From: Dehalococcoidia bacterium
GTDB lineage: Bacteria > Chloroflexota > Dehalococcoidia > SM23-28-2 > RBG-16-64-32
DNA: 64,000 nt
Assembly (NCBI GenBank): GCA_963665775.2
Contig: CAXXTF010000002.1
Coordinates: 896,001-960,000, forward strand
Direction: 5' to 3'
Shown here: positions 8,486 to 18,756 of the stretch, piece after piece
Layout: each line of letters begins with the position of its first letter
How positions within the stretch are numbered: the first letter of the stretch is position 1
Program-made: the position numbers and the translations under genes
The notes under the pieces: model-generated
What the model saw: the letters and a program-made list of their open reading frames with translations, nothing else
Databases searched by the model: none
Told to the model about the DNA's origin: nothing

Positions 8486-9847
8486 ATGTTAACGGTGGCA
8501 GACATCCGGAACGGGACGGCAGGGGTGCTGGTCGACAGCAGCGGACCCACGCAGGCCACCTTCGGTCGGGCGGTCATCGACTCCCGACAGGCTCGTCCGG
8601 GCGACCTCTTTTTCGCCCTGCCTGGCGAACACCGGGACGGACACGACTTCGTGGCTCAGGCGCTGACCGCCGGCGCCGCCGGGGCCGTGGTGGAAAGGCC
8701 GATCGACGTCCCGGCGGACGCCGCCCTGTTCCAGGTCGGCGATTCCCTGGAGGCGCTCCAGCGTCTGGCCGCCTACTGGCGTCGCCGCCATGACCTGCGG
8801 GTCATCGCCGTGACCGGCAGCGTCGGCAAGACCACTTGCAAGGAGCTGATCGCCGCCGTGCTGGCCCGCCGCTACCGCCTGCTGAAGAGCGAGGCGAACC
8901 TGAACACGGAGATCGGCGTCCCCCTGACCCTGCTCCAACTCACCGCCGAGCACGAGCGGGCCGTCCTGGAGTTCGCCATGTACGGCCCCGGCGAGATCGA
9001 CCTCCTGTGTCAGATAGCGGCACCGCAGGTCGGCATCGTCACCAACGTCGGGCCCGTTCACCTGGAGCGGCTGGGCTCGATGGACGCCATCGTCGCCGCC
9101 AAGGCGGAGCTGCTGGAATCGCTGCCCAGGGACGGCGTCGCCATACTGAACGGGGACGACCCTGCCGTGGCCGCCATGGCCACTCGCACGCGGGCCCGCA
9201 CCGTCCTCTACGGCCAAGCTTCCCAATGCCAGATACGCGGCAGCGATCTCGTGGGCCGCGGCCTGGACGGCATCTCCTTCCGCCTGACCTGCGGCGAGAC
9301 TTCGGTCGCGGTCTCCTGCCCGCTGCCCGGAAAGCACCACATATACCCCTGCTTGGCCACCGCCGCCGTCGCCCTGGAGGAAGGGATGAGCCTGAGCGAG
9401 ATCGCGGCTGCCCTGGCCGAGGCGAGGCCGGACCTGCGGCTACGGGTCCTATCCGGGCCCAACGGCTCCACCATACTGGACGACAGCTACAACGCCAGCC
9501 CAGCCTCCATGCTGGCCGCCCTGGAGCTCCTGTCGGAGCTGCCCGGCCGCCGCATCGCCCTGCTGGGCGAGATGCGCGAGCTGGGGGCGGCGGAGGAGGA
9601 GGGCCACCGCCAGGTGGGCGAGCGCGCCGCGTCGGCCTGCGACCTGCTCCTCGTGCTGGGCCAGAGGGCACGGCCCCTGGCCCAAGCGGCCCAGACCGCC
9701 GGGCTCACGGACGTGCGCCTGCTGGAGTCCGGCGAGGCGGCAGCGGCGATGTTGCGATCGGAGCTGCGTAGCGGCGACCATCTGCTGATCAAAGCCTCGC
9801 GGGCGCTGGCCCTGGAAACGGTTGTTGACGCCCTGGTGGCGCCATGA
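8486..9847 (+). CDS. murF: UDP-MurNAc-tripeptide:D-Ala-D-Ala ligase
   Basis: DSR, DGHDF, AVTGSVGKTT, DDSYNASP, GEMRELG, KASR. Confidence 0.96.
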   Translation: MLTVADIRNGTAGVLVDSSGPTQATFGRAVIDSRQARPGDLFFALPGEHRDGHDFVAQALTAGAAGAVVERPIDVPADAALFQVGDSLEALQRLAAYWRRRHDLRVIAVTGSVGKTTCKELIAAVLARRYRLLKSEANLNTEIGVPLTLLQLTAEHERAVLEFAMYGPGEIDLLCQIAAPQVGIVTNVGPVHLERLGSMDAIVAAKAELLESLPRDGVAILNGDDPAVAAMATRTRARTVLYGQASQCQIRGSDLVGRGLDGISFRLTCGETSVAVSCPLPGKHHIYPCLATAAVALEEGMSLSEIAAALAEARPDLRLRVLSGPNGSTILDDSYNASPASMLAALELLSELPGRRIALLGEMRELGAAEEEGHRQVGERAASACDLLLVLGQRARPLAQAAQTAGLTDVRLLESGEAAAAMLRSELRSGDHLLIKASRALALETVVDALVAP

Positions 9848-10803
9848 TCTATGCCCTGAGCCTAGGAGGGATGACGCTGATAGCGACAGCGATAGCGGGA
9901 GTGCCGTTCGTGGCGTTCCTGCGCCGTTTCAAAGTGGGGAAGGAGATCAGCGAGTGGGGCCCCGAAAGCCACCAGATAAAGGCCGGCACCCCCACTATGG
10001 GCGGCCTCCTCATCCTGACCGCCCTCGTCGGCTTCACGGTGGCGGCCAACCTGATCGGTCGCTACTCCATCGGCCTGCCTCTGGCGGCGATGTGCGCCCT
10101 GGCTGCCCTGGGCACCCTGGACGACCTCGGCTCGCTGCAGGGGCGGCCCCAGAGGACGCTCAGCAAGCGGGTCAAGCTGGTGGGCTTTGTGGCCATCGGG
10201 CTGGCGGCGGCCTTCGGCCTGTACGAGGGGCTGGAGCTGAGCGCCATCAACATCCCGTACGAAGGCTCACACGACCTGGGAGCCTGGTACATACCGATCG
10301 CCGTGGGCGTGGTCGTTCTCTCCGCCGGCGGCGTGGCCGTCAGCGATGGACTGGACGGGCTGGCCGCAGGCACCACAGCCATCGCCTTTGGCGCTTACGG
10401 GGTGGTCGCCCTCATGCAGGAGCAGACCTTCCTGGGCGCTTTCTGTTTCACCGTGGCGGGGGCGGTCCTGGGCTTCCTATGGCACAACTCCTACCCTGCC
10501 AAGCTGTTCATGGGCGATACGGGGGCCCTGGCCCTGGGCGGAGGTTTGGCCGTCGTCGCCTTCATGACCGGCCATTGGCTGTTACTCCCCATCGTCGGCA
10601 TCATCTTCGTCGCCGAAGGACTGTCGACCTACCTTCAGATCGGCTACTACCGGCTGAGCGGGGGCAAACGGATCTTCCGCATGGCTCCCTTGCACCACCA
10701 CTTCGAGCAGTTGGGGTGGAACGAGGTGCAGGTGGTGCAGCGGTTCTGGCTCCTGGGCGGGCTGGGCGCAGTTGTGGGCGTGATCCTGGCCAGTGAGGTG
10801 TAG
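9844..10803 (+). CDS. mraY: Phospho-MurNAc-pentapeptide transferase
   Basis: KAGTPTMGG, DGLDGL, FMGDTG, MAPLHHHFE; multiple TM helices. Confidence 0.97.
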   Translation: MIYALSLGGMTLIATAIAGVPFVAFLRRFKVGKEISEWGPESHQIKAGTPTMGGLLILTALVGFTVAANLIGRYSIGLPLAAMCALAALGTLDDLGSLQGRPQRTLSKRVKLVGFVAIGLAAAFGLYEGLELSAINIPYEGSHDLGAWYIPIAVGVVVLSAGGVAVSDGLDGLAAGTTAIAFGAYGVVALMQEQTFLGAFCFTVAGAVLGFLWHNSYPAKLFMGDTGALALGGGLAVVAFMTGHWLLLPIVGIIFVAEGLSTYLQIGYYRLSGGKRIFRMAPLHHHFEQLGWNEVQVVQRFWLLGGLGAVVGVILASEV

Positions 10804-10804
10804 C

Positions 10805-12214
10805 ATGAGCATCGACCGCTTTGGCGACCTGGACTTCCGCGACAAGCGGGTGACGGTAGTGGGGCTGGGCATCGAGGGCGTGGACGTTGCGCGCTACCTG
10901 GCCTCTCACGGGGCCTTCGTGACGGTCTCCGACGCCAAGCCCGCCGAAGCGCTAGCCGACCGCATCGAGGCGGTGGCCAACCTGCCGGTGCGCCTCTCCC
11001 TGGGCGCCAACGACCCCGAGGAGATGGCGGCAGCGGACGCCATCTTCGTCTCCCAGGGGGTGCCCCTGGACCTGCCCGGCCTCGCGGACGCCCGCCGGCG
11101 GGGGATACCTATCCACTCCATGCTCACTCTGTTCATGGAGATCTGCCCCGGCCCCATCGTCGGCATCACCGGCTCCAGCGGAAAGACCACCACCGCCGCC
11201 TTACTGGGAGAGATGTTCGAGGCCGACGAGCGACCGGTGTTCGTCGGCGGCAACATGGGCGTGGGCCTCCTGGGTCACCTGCCGGCCGTGCGCGCCTACA
11301 CCTGGTCCGTGCTGGAGATGAGCCACACGCAGCTTCAGTTGGTGGCGGCGAGCCCCCACGTAGCGGCCGTCCTCAACGTGACACCCAACCATCTAGACCG
11401 CTTCTCCTGGGACGAGTACCGCCGCCTTAAGGCGAACCTGCTTCGCTTCCAGGGAGCGGGCGATACCGCCGTCCTGGGCCTTGACGACCCCGAGGCCAGA
11501 GCGCTGGCCAGCGCCGTCAAGGGTCACCGACTCTGGTTCAGCCTTGGGCCAGACATTCCGGACGACGGCGTCTTCGTCCGCGAGAGATGGGCCGTCCTAC
11601 GCCGCGGACGGCTTGAGGAGCGGCTGTTCCCCCTGGAGGAGCTGCCCCTGCGGGGCCGCCATAACCATGCCAACGCCCTGGCCGCCGCCGCTCTGGCCGC
11701 CGCCTGCGGCGTCTCGCCGGAGGCGATGGCTTGCGCCGTCGCCTCCTTCAGGGGCGTACCTCACCGGCTGGAGCTCGTGGCCGAGGCCGGCGGCGCCCGC
11801 TACTACAACGACAGCATCGCCACCACCCCAGAGCGGACCCTGGCCGGCATCCGCGCCTTCCCTGAGCCGCTGGTGCTCCTCCTGGGCGGTCGGGACAAGC
11901 ATCTCCCGCTGGAGGAGCTGGCTAACGAGGCTATCCGGCGCTGTCGCGCCATCGTCCTTTTCGGGGAGTCCGCCGGCAAGCTGGAGGAGGCCCTGCGAAA
12001 GCGACCGGCCAGGCGACGGCCACCGCTGATCAGAGTGGCCGACCTCCCCCAGGCCGTTGAAGCGGCCCGCGGTGCTGCCCGGCGGGGCGATGTCGTGCTC
12101 CTATCGCCGGCCTGCACCAGCTTCGACGCCTACGATAACTTCGAGCGCCGGGGCGAGCACTTCCGGACACTGGTAGGAGAGTTCGTCAAGGAGGTCGAGC
12201 CATCGCTGCCGTAG
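10805..12214 (+). CDS. murD: UDP-MurNAc-L-Ala:D-Glu ligase
   Basis: GITGSSGKTTT, GGNMG, PNHLDR, HRLE, NDSIATTP, LSPACTSFD. Confidence 0.96.
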   Translation: MSIDRFGDLDFRDKRVTVVGLGIEGVDVARYLASHGAFVTVSDAKPAEALADRIEAVANLPVRLSLGANDPEEMAAADAIFVSQGVPLDLPGLADARRRGIPIHSMLTLFMEICPGPIVGITGSSGKTTTAALLGEMFEADERPVFVGGNMGVGLLGHLPAVRAYTWSVLEMSHTQLQLVAASPHVAAVLNVTPNHLDRFSWDEYRRLKANLLRFQGAGDTAVLGLDDPEARALASAVKGHRLWFSLGPDIPDDGVFVRERWAVLRRGRLEERLFPLEELPLRGRHNHANALAAAALAAACGVSPEAMACAVASFRGVPHRLELVAEAGGARYYNDSIATTPERTLAGIRAFPEPLVLLLGGRDKHLPLEELANEAIRRCRAIVLFGESAGKLEEALRKRPARRRPPLIRVADLPQAVEAARGAARRGDVVLLSPACTSFDAYDNFERRGEHFRTLVGEFVKEVEPSLP

Positions 12215-12279
12215 ACAGCGCCCCTGGATACCGCCAGGCAGGAGCCCTGCAACCGGGACCGCCGGATCACCTGCTGCTG

Positions 12280-13425
12280 GTGGCCACGGCGATGCTTCTG
12301 ATCGTGGGGCTGCTCGCCGTCTACAGCGCCAGCTTCGCCGTGGGCTACCTGGAGTTCGGCGACACGAACTATTTCGTGACCCGGCAGGCGATCTTCGCCC
12401 TGATTGGCGTGGGCGTTCTCGTCCTCTTCATGCGCCTCGACTACCGGCGGCTGCGGGCCCTCAGCGTGCCGATGATGCTGCTAGCGCTGGCGGGGCTGCT
12501 GGCCGTTCTTATCCCCGGCCTGGGCGTAGAGCGAAACGGCGCTTCGCGCTGGCTCGAGCTGGGGCCGCTGTCTGTGCAGCCCAGCGAGTTCGCCAAGCTG
12601 GCGCTAATCGTCTACATTTCGGCCTGGCTGGCCAGCCGGGGCAGTCAGATCAGCAACTTCTCTCTGGGCTTCATCCCCTTTGTGCTGATGGTGGGCCTGG
12701 TGGGCGGCCTGATCATCTCCGAGCCCGACATGGGGACAACGATCATCATTCTGCTAACCGCCGGTACGCTGTTCTTCGTGGCGGGCGCTCCCTTGACCCA
12801 CCTGGGCCTGCTGATGGCGGCGGGCGGTGTCATCAGCTGGGCGATAATCGTCAGCAAAGAGTACCAGCTGGATCGGCTGACCAGCTTCGTGTCACCGGAA
12901 GCGGACCCGCAGGGGGTCGGCTTCCAGATCATCCAGCTGCTTATCGCTCTGGGTAGCGGCGGAGCGGCGGGTCTGGGCTGGGGCGCCAGCCGTCAGAAGT
13001 TCTACTACGTCCCCGCCGCCCACACGGACGGCGTGTTCGCCATCCTGGGCGAGGAGTTGGGGTTCATTGGCCTCCTCGCCATCCTGAGCCTGTTCGCCTT
13101 CCTCCTCTATAGGGCCCTGCGCGTGACCATGCGCTCCCGCGACCAGTTCGCCCAGCTGCTGGCCATCGGCATCGTCAGCTGGATCGCTTACCAGACCCTC
13201 ATCAACATCGGCGGTATCACTCGCACGATACCACTCACCGGCGTGCCGCTACCCTTCCTGAGCTACGGCGGCTCGTCCCTCATCTCCCTCATGGCCGCCG
13301 TGGGCATTCTCCTAAATCTCTCCCGCTTCACCAACGACACCGCCTACCTGGAGCGGCAACGCTCGCGACCACAGCCCCGTCAAGGCTCGGGCCGGATCCC
13401 CTTCCTGCGGAGGGAGTCGGTATGA
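12280..13425 (+). CDS. ftsW: SEDS peptidoglycan polymerase FtsW (start approximate)
   Basis: GASRW, QPSEFAK, PDMGT, AHTDGVFAILGEELG, PLTGVPLPFLSYGGSS. Confidence 0.95.
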   Translation: MATAMLLIVGLLAVYSASFAVGYLEFGDTNYFVTRQAIFALIGVGVLVLFMRLDYRRLRALSVPMMLLALAGLLAVLIPGLGVERNGASRWLELGPLSVQPSEFAKLALIVYISAWLASRGSQISNFSLGFIPFVLMVGLVGGLIISEPDMGTTIIILLTAGTLFFVAGAPLTHLGLLMAAGGVISWAIIVSKEYQLDRLTSFVSPEADPQGVGFQIIQLLIALGSGGAAGLGWGASRQKFYYVPAAHTDGVFAILGEELGFIGLLAILSLFAFLLYRALRVTMRSRDQFAQLLAIGIVSWIAYQTLINIGGITRTIPLTGVPLPFLSYGGSSLISLMAAVGILLNLSRFTNDTAYLERQRSRPQPRQGSGRIPFLRRESV

Positions 13426-14531
13426 GGCTGGCCCTGAGCGGCGGCGGCACCGGCGGCCACGTCTACCCGGCCCTCACTATCAGCGAGGCCCTGGAGCGCG
13501 AGCTGCCGCCCTCGGAGACGTTGGAGCTGCTCTTCCTCGGCTCCAGCAGCGGCGCCGAGGCCGAACTGGTGCAGCGGGCGGGAGCGCCCTTCTGGCCCAT
13601 CTCCTCTGGACCCATAAGAGGGCGCAGGCCCTGGAAGATGGCCGGCAACGCCGTCAAGCTGGGCAGGGGCACGATCCAGGCCCGCACCGCCCTCCGCAGT
13701 TTCGCGCCTCAGGTCGTTCTCTCCACAGGGGGCTACGCCAGCTTTCCCGTGGCCCTGGCCGCCCGCAGCCGCAAGATACCGCTGGCCGTCTACCTACCAG
13801 ACCTCTACCCCGGCTGGGCCGTCCGCAGCATCGCCCGCCTGGCCCAGCGGATCGCCGTTTCGGCGGACGAGAGCCTGGAGCGGCTCCCCGACGGCAAGGG
13901 AGTGCTCACAGGCTACCCCGTCCGGGAGGGCTTCTGGCGGGCTAACCGACTGGACGGGCGCCGGCGCCTTGGTCTGGACAGCGAGGAGAAGGTGCTGTTC
14001 GTGGCGGGCGCATCCCAGGGGGCTCACACTATCAATCTGGCGATCGCCGGTCAGCTCCGCGGCCTACTAGAGTTATGTGAAGTAATTCACCTCTGCGGCA
14101 ACGCTGATGAGCCCTGGCTGATGGGGCTCCGCGACGAACTGCCGGAGGCGCTGCGTGATCGCTACCACCTCTTCGGCTACATGCATGACGAGATCCCCGG
14201 GGCCATGGCGGCCGCCGACCTGGCTCTCTGCCGCTCCGGCGCCTCCGTCCTGGGCGAGCTTCCCGCTGTGGGCCTGCCGGCGATTCTCGTCCCTTACCCC
14301 TACGCCGGCGGCCATCAGCGGCTTAACGCCCGCTACCTGGCCGATCGCGGCGCCGCCGTCGTCCTGGAGGAGCGCGAGCTGACGTCCATGCTCCCCCTGG
14401 TAGGCCAGCTCCTGCACAATGAGGCTCGACTGCGGTCGATGAGCGACTCCGCTCGCGGCCTGGCCCGGCCCGACGCCGCTGACCGTATCGCCCGCCTTCT
14501 CCTGGAGTTATCCCAAGAGGCGAAGGGATGA
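13422..14531 (+). CDS. murG: Lipid II GlcNAc transferase
   Basis: GGGTGGHVYP, GGYASFP, GASQGA, RSGAS, HQRLNA. Confidence 0.97.
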   Translation: MRLALSGGGTGGHVYPALTISEALERELPPSETLELLFLGSSSGAEAELVQRAGAPFWPISSGPIRGRRPWKMAGNAVKLGRGTIQARTALRSFAPQVVLSTGGYASFPVALAARSRKIPLAVYLPDLYPGWAVRSIARLAQRIAVSADESLERLPDGKGVLTGYPVREGFWRANRLDGRRRLGLDSEEKVLFVAGASQGAHTINLAIAGQLRGLLELCEVIHLCGNADEPWLMGLRDELPEALRDRYHLFGYMHDEIPGAMAAADLALCRSGASVLGELPAVGLPAILVPYPYAGGHQRLNARYLADRGAAVVLEERELTSMLPLVGQLLHNEARLRSMSDSARGLARPDAADRIARLLLELSQEAKG

Positions 14532-15937
14532 ACAACACCCTGACCGGAGCCATCCCTCAACGGATCCACCTCGTTGGGGTGGGCGGCATCCATATGTCGG
14601 GCATCGCTCAGATCCTGCGCGCGCGCGGCCATATCGTCTCCGGCTCGGACCTTCAGAGCTCGCCCCTGACGGATCGGTTGGAGGGGCTGGGCGTCACGAT
14701 CCACAGCGGCCACCAGGCCGACTACGTGGGACAGGCGGAGCTGGTGGTGTACACCTCCGCCGCTTACGAGGACAACCCGGAGCTGGTGGAGGCCCGGCAC
14801 CGCCGCATACCGACGCTTAAGAGAGGCCAGATGGTGGCCCGGCTCATGGAGGGGAAGCAGATCATCGCGGTGGCCGGAAGCCACGGCAAGACCACCACCT
14901 CCTCCCTCATCGCCTACATGCTATGGCGGGCCAACGTCTCGCCGACCTTCATGGTGGGCGGTGAGCTGATCGACCTGGGCAGCAACGCCATGCCCGGCGA
15001 TGGCCCCCACTTCGTGGTGGAGGCCGACGAGTTCGACGCCGCCTTTCTGAACTACCGGCCGGATATCGCCCTGGTCACCAACGTGGAGGCTGACCACCTC
15101 GACTACTACGGCTCCTTCGAGAAGGTGACCGAGGCCTTCCGCCAGTTCCTCTCCCAGGTCCAACCCAACGGCTATATCCTGGCCTGCGGCGACAACCCAA
15201 CGCTGCAGGCCATTCTTTCTCAGACTGCGGGAGACGACGTGAATTTCCCCGTCCACGTCATCTCCTACAGTCTGCACCAACCTGAGGCGGAATGGACCGC
15301 CGAAAATATTTCGCAAAAGCGTGTAGACGGGTCATCTTTTATGGTAAGATTCCGTCAGGAAGTTTGGGGAGTCGTAGAGACTCGCCTGGCCGGGGTTCAT
15401 AACGTGAGCAACGTCCTGGGGGCCATCGCCACGGGCCATACGCTCGGCCTGCCTGCGGAGGATATCCGCGGCGCCGTTGCCGAGTTCAGAGGCGTCCGCC
15501 GCCGGTTCGAACCGGTAGGCGAGGCCGCCAACGTCACCATCTTCGACGACTACGCCCACCACCCCACGGAGGTTCGCGCCACCCTGGCCGCCGCCCGCGC
15601 CCATTTCCCCGACCGCCGTCTGGTCTGCCTCTTCCAACCCCACACCTACAGCCGCTCCCGCTACCTGCTGGAGGGATTCCGCACCTGCTTCCGGGATTGC
15701 GACCTGCTGCTCATCGCCGAGACTTACGCCGCCCGCGAGGAGCCCTCGGCGGGCATGACGGCGGCGGAGTTGGCCCCTGAGATCCAGCGCCCGCCGGCCC
15801 GCTACACCGGCGGCCTGGTAGAATCCGCGGCGGCTGTCGCTACCCTCCTGGAGCCCGGCGATCTCTTCTTCACCATCGGTGCCGGTACTGTGAACAGGGT
15901 AGGACCCATCGTCCTGGAGGCGCTGAAACAGCGATGA
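14528..15937 (+). CDS. murC: UDP-MurNAc:L-Ala ligase
   Basis: GVGGIHMSGIA, AGSHGKTTT, EADEFD, DHLDYY, DDYAHHPTE, FQPHTYSR. Confidence 0.97.
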   Translation: MNNTLTGAIPQRIHLVGVGGIHMSGIAQILRARGHIVSGSDLQSSPLTDRLEGLGVTIHSGHQADYVGQAELVVYTSAAYEDNPELVEARHRRIPTLKRGQMVARLMEGKQIIAVAGSHGKTTTSSLIAYMLWRANVSPTFMVGGELIDLGSNAMPGDGPHFVVEADEFDAAFLNYRPDIALVTNVEADHLDYYGSFEKVTEAFRQFLSQVQPNGYILACGDNPTLQAILSQTAGDDVNFPVHVISYSLHQPEAEWTAENISQKRVDGSSFMVRFRQEVWGVVETRLAGVHNVSNVLGAIATGHTLGLPAEDIRGAVAEFRGVRRRFEPVGEAANVTIFDDYAHHPTEVRATLAAARAHFPDRRLVCLFQPHTYSRSRYLLEGFRTCFRDCDLLLIAETYAAREEPSAGMTAAELAPEIQRPPARYTGGLVESAAAVATLLEPGDLFFTIGAGTVNRVGPIVLEALKQR

Positions 15938-16854
15938 ACGAAGATGTCCTGGAAAGGCTGCGGCAGGTGGCGCCGCTGCGACTGGACGAGCCGTTGTCCC
16001 GCCACACCACTTTCGGCGTGGGCGGCCCCGCCGACGCCTATCTTGCTATCGATACCGAAGAGCAGCTGCAATCCGCCTTCACCATCGCACACAGCGACCG
16101 CCTGCCCGTCTTCATCCTGGGCTCGGGCTCCAACATCCTGATCGGCGACGGCGGCATCCGCGGGCTGGTGATCGAAAACCGCACGAGCCAGATCGAAGGG
16201 CCATCGCCCAACGGTGCCGGATTCAAGGTGCGGGTAGCCAGCGGCGTCAGCTTCGCTACTGTGGCCCGACGCCTCTGCTTCGCCGGTTACGCCGGCCTGG
16301 ACTGGGCCATCGGTATCCCCGGCACCCTGGGCGGCGCCGTAGTCTCCAACGCCGGCGCCTACGGCGGCTGCCTCCAAGACATCCTCAAGAGCGTCCGTCT
16401 GGTCGACAGGCAGGGAAACGTAGCCCAGATGCGCCCGGAGGAGCTGGCCCTGACCTACCGGGGCAGCGCCTTCACCAGCAGCAGGCTGCACGACCGAGTC
16501 GTCCTCTCCGTCGACCTCTCCGTTCAGGCCGGAGACGCCGAGGCGTTGACCCGGCGCGTCCACGAGCTGGACGCCCAGCGGCGGGGTGCTCAGCCGTCAG
16601 GGCGCAACTGCGGTTCCATGTTCAAGAACCCGGCGGAACACCCCGCCTGGTGGCTAATCGATCAGGTGGGGCTGCGCGGGCACCGCACCGGCAACGCCCA
16701 GATCTCGGAGCAGCATACCAACTTCACCCTAAACCTGGGCGGCGCCACTGCCGCCAACGTCATCGCCCTCATGGATCTGGCCCGCCGCCGCGTCCGCCAG
16801 CGGTTCGGCATCGAGCTGGAGCCGGAGGTAGCCATGGTGGGGGAGTTCACATGA
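15934..16854 (+). CDS. murB: UDP-N-acetylenolpyruvoylglucosamine reductase
   Basis: HTTFGVGGPAD, GSGSN, IPGTLGGA, NAGAYG, GSMFKNP, LEPEV. Confidence 0.96.
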   Translation: MNEDVLERLRQVAPLRLDEPLSRHTTFGVGGPADAYLAIDTEEQLQSAFTIAHSDRLPVFILGSGSNILIGDGGIRGLVIENRTSQIEGPSPNGAGFKVRVASGVSFATVARRLCFAGYAGLDWAIGIPGTLGGAVVSNAGAYGGCLQDILKSVRLVDRQGNVAQMRPEELALTYRGSAFTSSRLHDRVVLSVDLSVQAGDAEALTRRVHELDAQRRGAQPSGRNCGSMFKNPAEHPAWWLIDQVGLRGHRTGNAQISEQHTNFTLNLGGATAANVIALMDLARRRVRQRFGIELEPEVAMVGEFT

Positions 16855-17936
16855 TCGAGACCCGCCCCGGGAAGAGGCTCAGGGTGGGCATCGTGTTCGG
16901 CGGCCGTTCCGCTGAGCACGAGGTTTCCATCGTCTCCGCCCTGGGAGTGATCGGCGCCCTGGACCAGGACCGCTTCCAGAGCGTGCCTATCGGCGTCACG
17001 AAGCAGGGCACCTGGCTCACCCCCAGGCAGACGGAGCAGGCCCTGGCCGCCATCCGCTCGGAGCGTCTTCAGGCCCTGGAAGAGCCCCTGGGCGACGGCA
17101 TCCTCTACCGGACGCAGGCCCTGACCGCCCTGCGAAGGCTGGACGTCGCCTTCCCGCTGATCCACGGCAGCAGCGGCGAGGACGGAACCCTCCAGGGCTT
17201 CCTGGAGCTGGCTGGTATCCCTTACGTGGGAGCCGGCGTGGCCGCCAGCGCCCTGGGCATGGACAAGGCCCTCCAGAAGACGCTCTTCCGCCAGCACGGC
17301 CTCCCCCTACCGGACGACCTCATCATTCTGGCCAACCGCTGGCAGACCGACGCGACGGCAGTGGTCCGAGAGGTGGAAGCCGCCATCGCCTACCCGTGCT
17401 TCGTCAAGCCGGTCAACGGCGGCTCCAGCATCGGCACCTCCAGGGCCCGCTCCCGCGAGGAGATGGACGAGGCCCTGGCAGAGGCCTTCCGATACGACCG
17501 CAGGGCGCTGGTGGAGGAAGCCGTGGAGGGTCGCCAGGTGGAGGTGGCCGTCCTGGGCAACGACGATCCGGAAGCCTCCCCCGTGGGCGAGATAACCTTC
17601 GCCGGCGAGTTCTACGACTACCACGCCAAGTATCAGGACCCGAGCACCAAGCTCCACATCCCGGCCGACATCCCGGCCCACATCGCCGAGCGCATCCGGG
17701 AGATGGCGCTGACCGCCTACAGGGCGATCGACTGTGCCGGGCTGGCCCGGGTCGACTTCTTCCTGACGCCGGACGGACGCCCGATCCTCAACGAGGTGAA
17801 CACCATCCCCGGCTTCACCCCCATGAGCATGTACCCCAAGCTGTGGGAACAGGCCGGCCTCTCCTACCGAGAGCTTATAACCCGCCTCATACAGCTAGCC
17901 TTTGAACGCCACGGGGAGAAACGCCGTGTCCGTTAA
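16851..17936 (+). CDS. ddl: D-alanine-D-alanine ligase
   Basis: GGRSAEHEVS, HGSSGEDG, MDK, GSSIG, FYDYHAKY (Tyr variant, D-Ala-D-Ala type), NEVNTIPG. Confidence 0.96.
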   Translation: MIETRPGKRLRVGIVFGGRSAEHEVSIVSALGVIGALDQDRFQSVPIGVTKQGTWLTPRQTEQALAAIRSERLQALEEPLGDGILYRTQALTALRRLDVAFPLIHGSSGEDGTLQGFLELAGIPYVGAGVAASALGMDKALQKTLFRQHGLPLPDDLIILANRWQTDATAVVREVEAAIAYPCFVKPVNGGSSIGTSRARSREEMDEALAEAFRYDRRALVEEAVEGRQVEVAVLGNDDPEASPVGEITFAGEFYDYHAKYQDPSTKLHIPADIPAHIAERIREMALTAYRAIDCAGLARVDFFLTPDGRPILNEVNTIPGFTPMSMYPKLWEQAGLSYRELITRLIQLAFERHGEKRRVR

Positions 17937-18735
17937 CCACCGACGGACGGCCTCCTCGACTGGCAGCCGTCGCCAGCGGCCCATCAAGGGCCATATCGTC
18001 CCGGACGACCGGCTGGAGCGACGCCTCCGTCGCATCCGCTGGCGACGCAGCGCAGTTGCCCTGGCGATCGTGGGGGCGATCATCGGGATGGTGGCCATGT
18101 ACTGGTCACCTCTCGTGCGGGTCCAGGAGATCCAGATTGCGGGGACAGACAACCTCGATGCCTTCCAGACAGCCCAGCTAGCGGCCCTGGGCGGTCAGAG
18201 CATGCTCCTCCGGCTGGACCTCGAGAGGGCCGAGGCCAGCATCGAAGCCCTACCGCTGGTGAAATCTGTCGAAGCGACCAAGCGCTGGCCCCACACGGTC
18301 CACATCCAGATCACGGAGCGCCCTCCCTGGGGCTACTGGCAAGTCGGCGACGCAACCTACGTCATCGACGTCGAAGGGGTCGTCCTCCCGGACCTGCCGG
18401 ACGTTCGGCCGGCTGAAGGCGCGCCCGTCATCGAAGACCTGAGCAGCGCTATCGTTCTCCGGCCCGGCGACCGCGTCGACTCGGACATCGTCGCCCTGGT
18501 CCTAGCCACCCTCGAGCGGGCGCCCGAGGCGCTGGGTATCAGCAATCTGGAGTATAGCCCGGAGGTCGGGCTCTCCCTCACCACCGAGAGCGGCTATCGC
18601 GTAGTCCTGGGCGATAGCCAGAACGTGGACTATAAGCTGGCCGTTTGGCAAGCCCTGGGGCAGGAGCTGGGACCGGATGCGATGGTCGGCCGTACCCTAG
18701 ACCTGCGTTTCCAGGACCGCCCTTCCTTACAGTGA
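17926..18735 (+). CDS. ftsQ: Cell division protein FtsQ/DivIB
   Basis: TM helix, POTRA-like region (PLVKSVEATKRWPHTVHIQITER), terminal DLRF; between ddl and ftsA. Confidence 0.88.
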   Translation: MSVNHRRTASSTGSRRQRPIKGHIVPDDRLERRLRRIRWRRSAVALAIVGAIIGMVAMYWSPLVRVQEIQIAGTDNLDAFQTAQLAALGGQSMLLRLDLERAEASIEALPLVKSVEATKRWPHTVHIQITERPPWGYWQVGDATYVIDVEGVVLPDLPDVRPAEGAPVIEDLSSAIVLRPGDRVDSDIVALVLATLERAPEALGISNLEYSPEVGLSLTTESGYRVVLGDSQNVDYKLAVWQALGQELGPDAMVGRTLDLRFQDRPSLQ

Positions 18736-18756
18736 GCTAGTGGAGGCGATATCGCG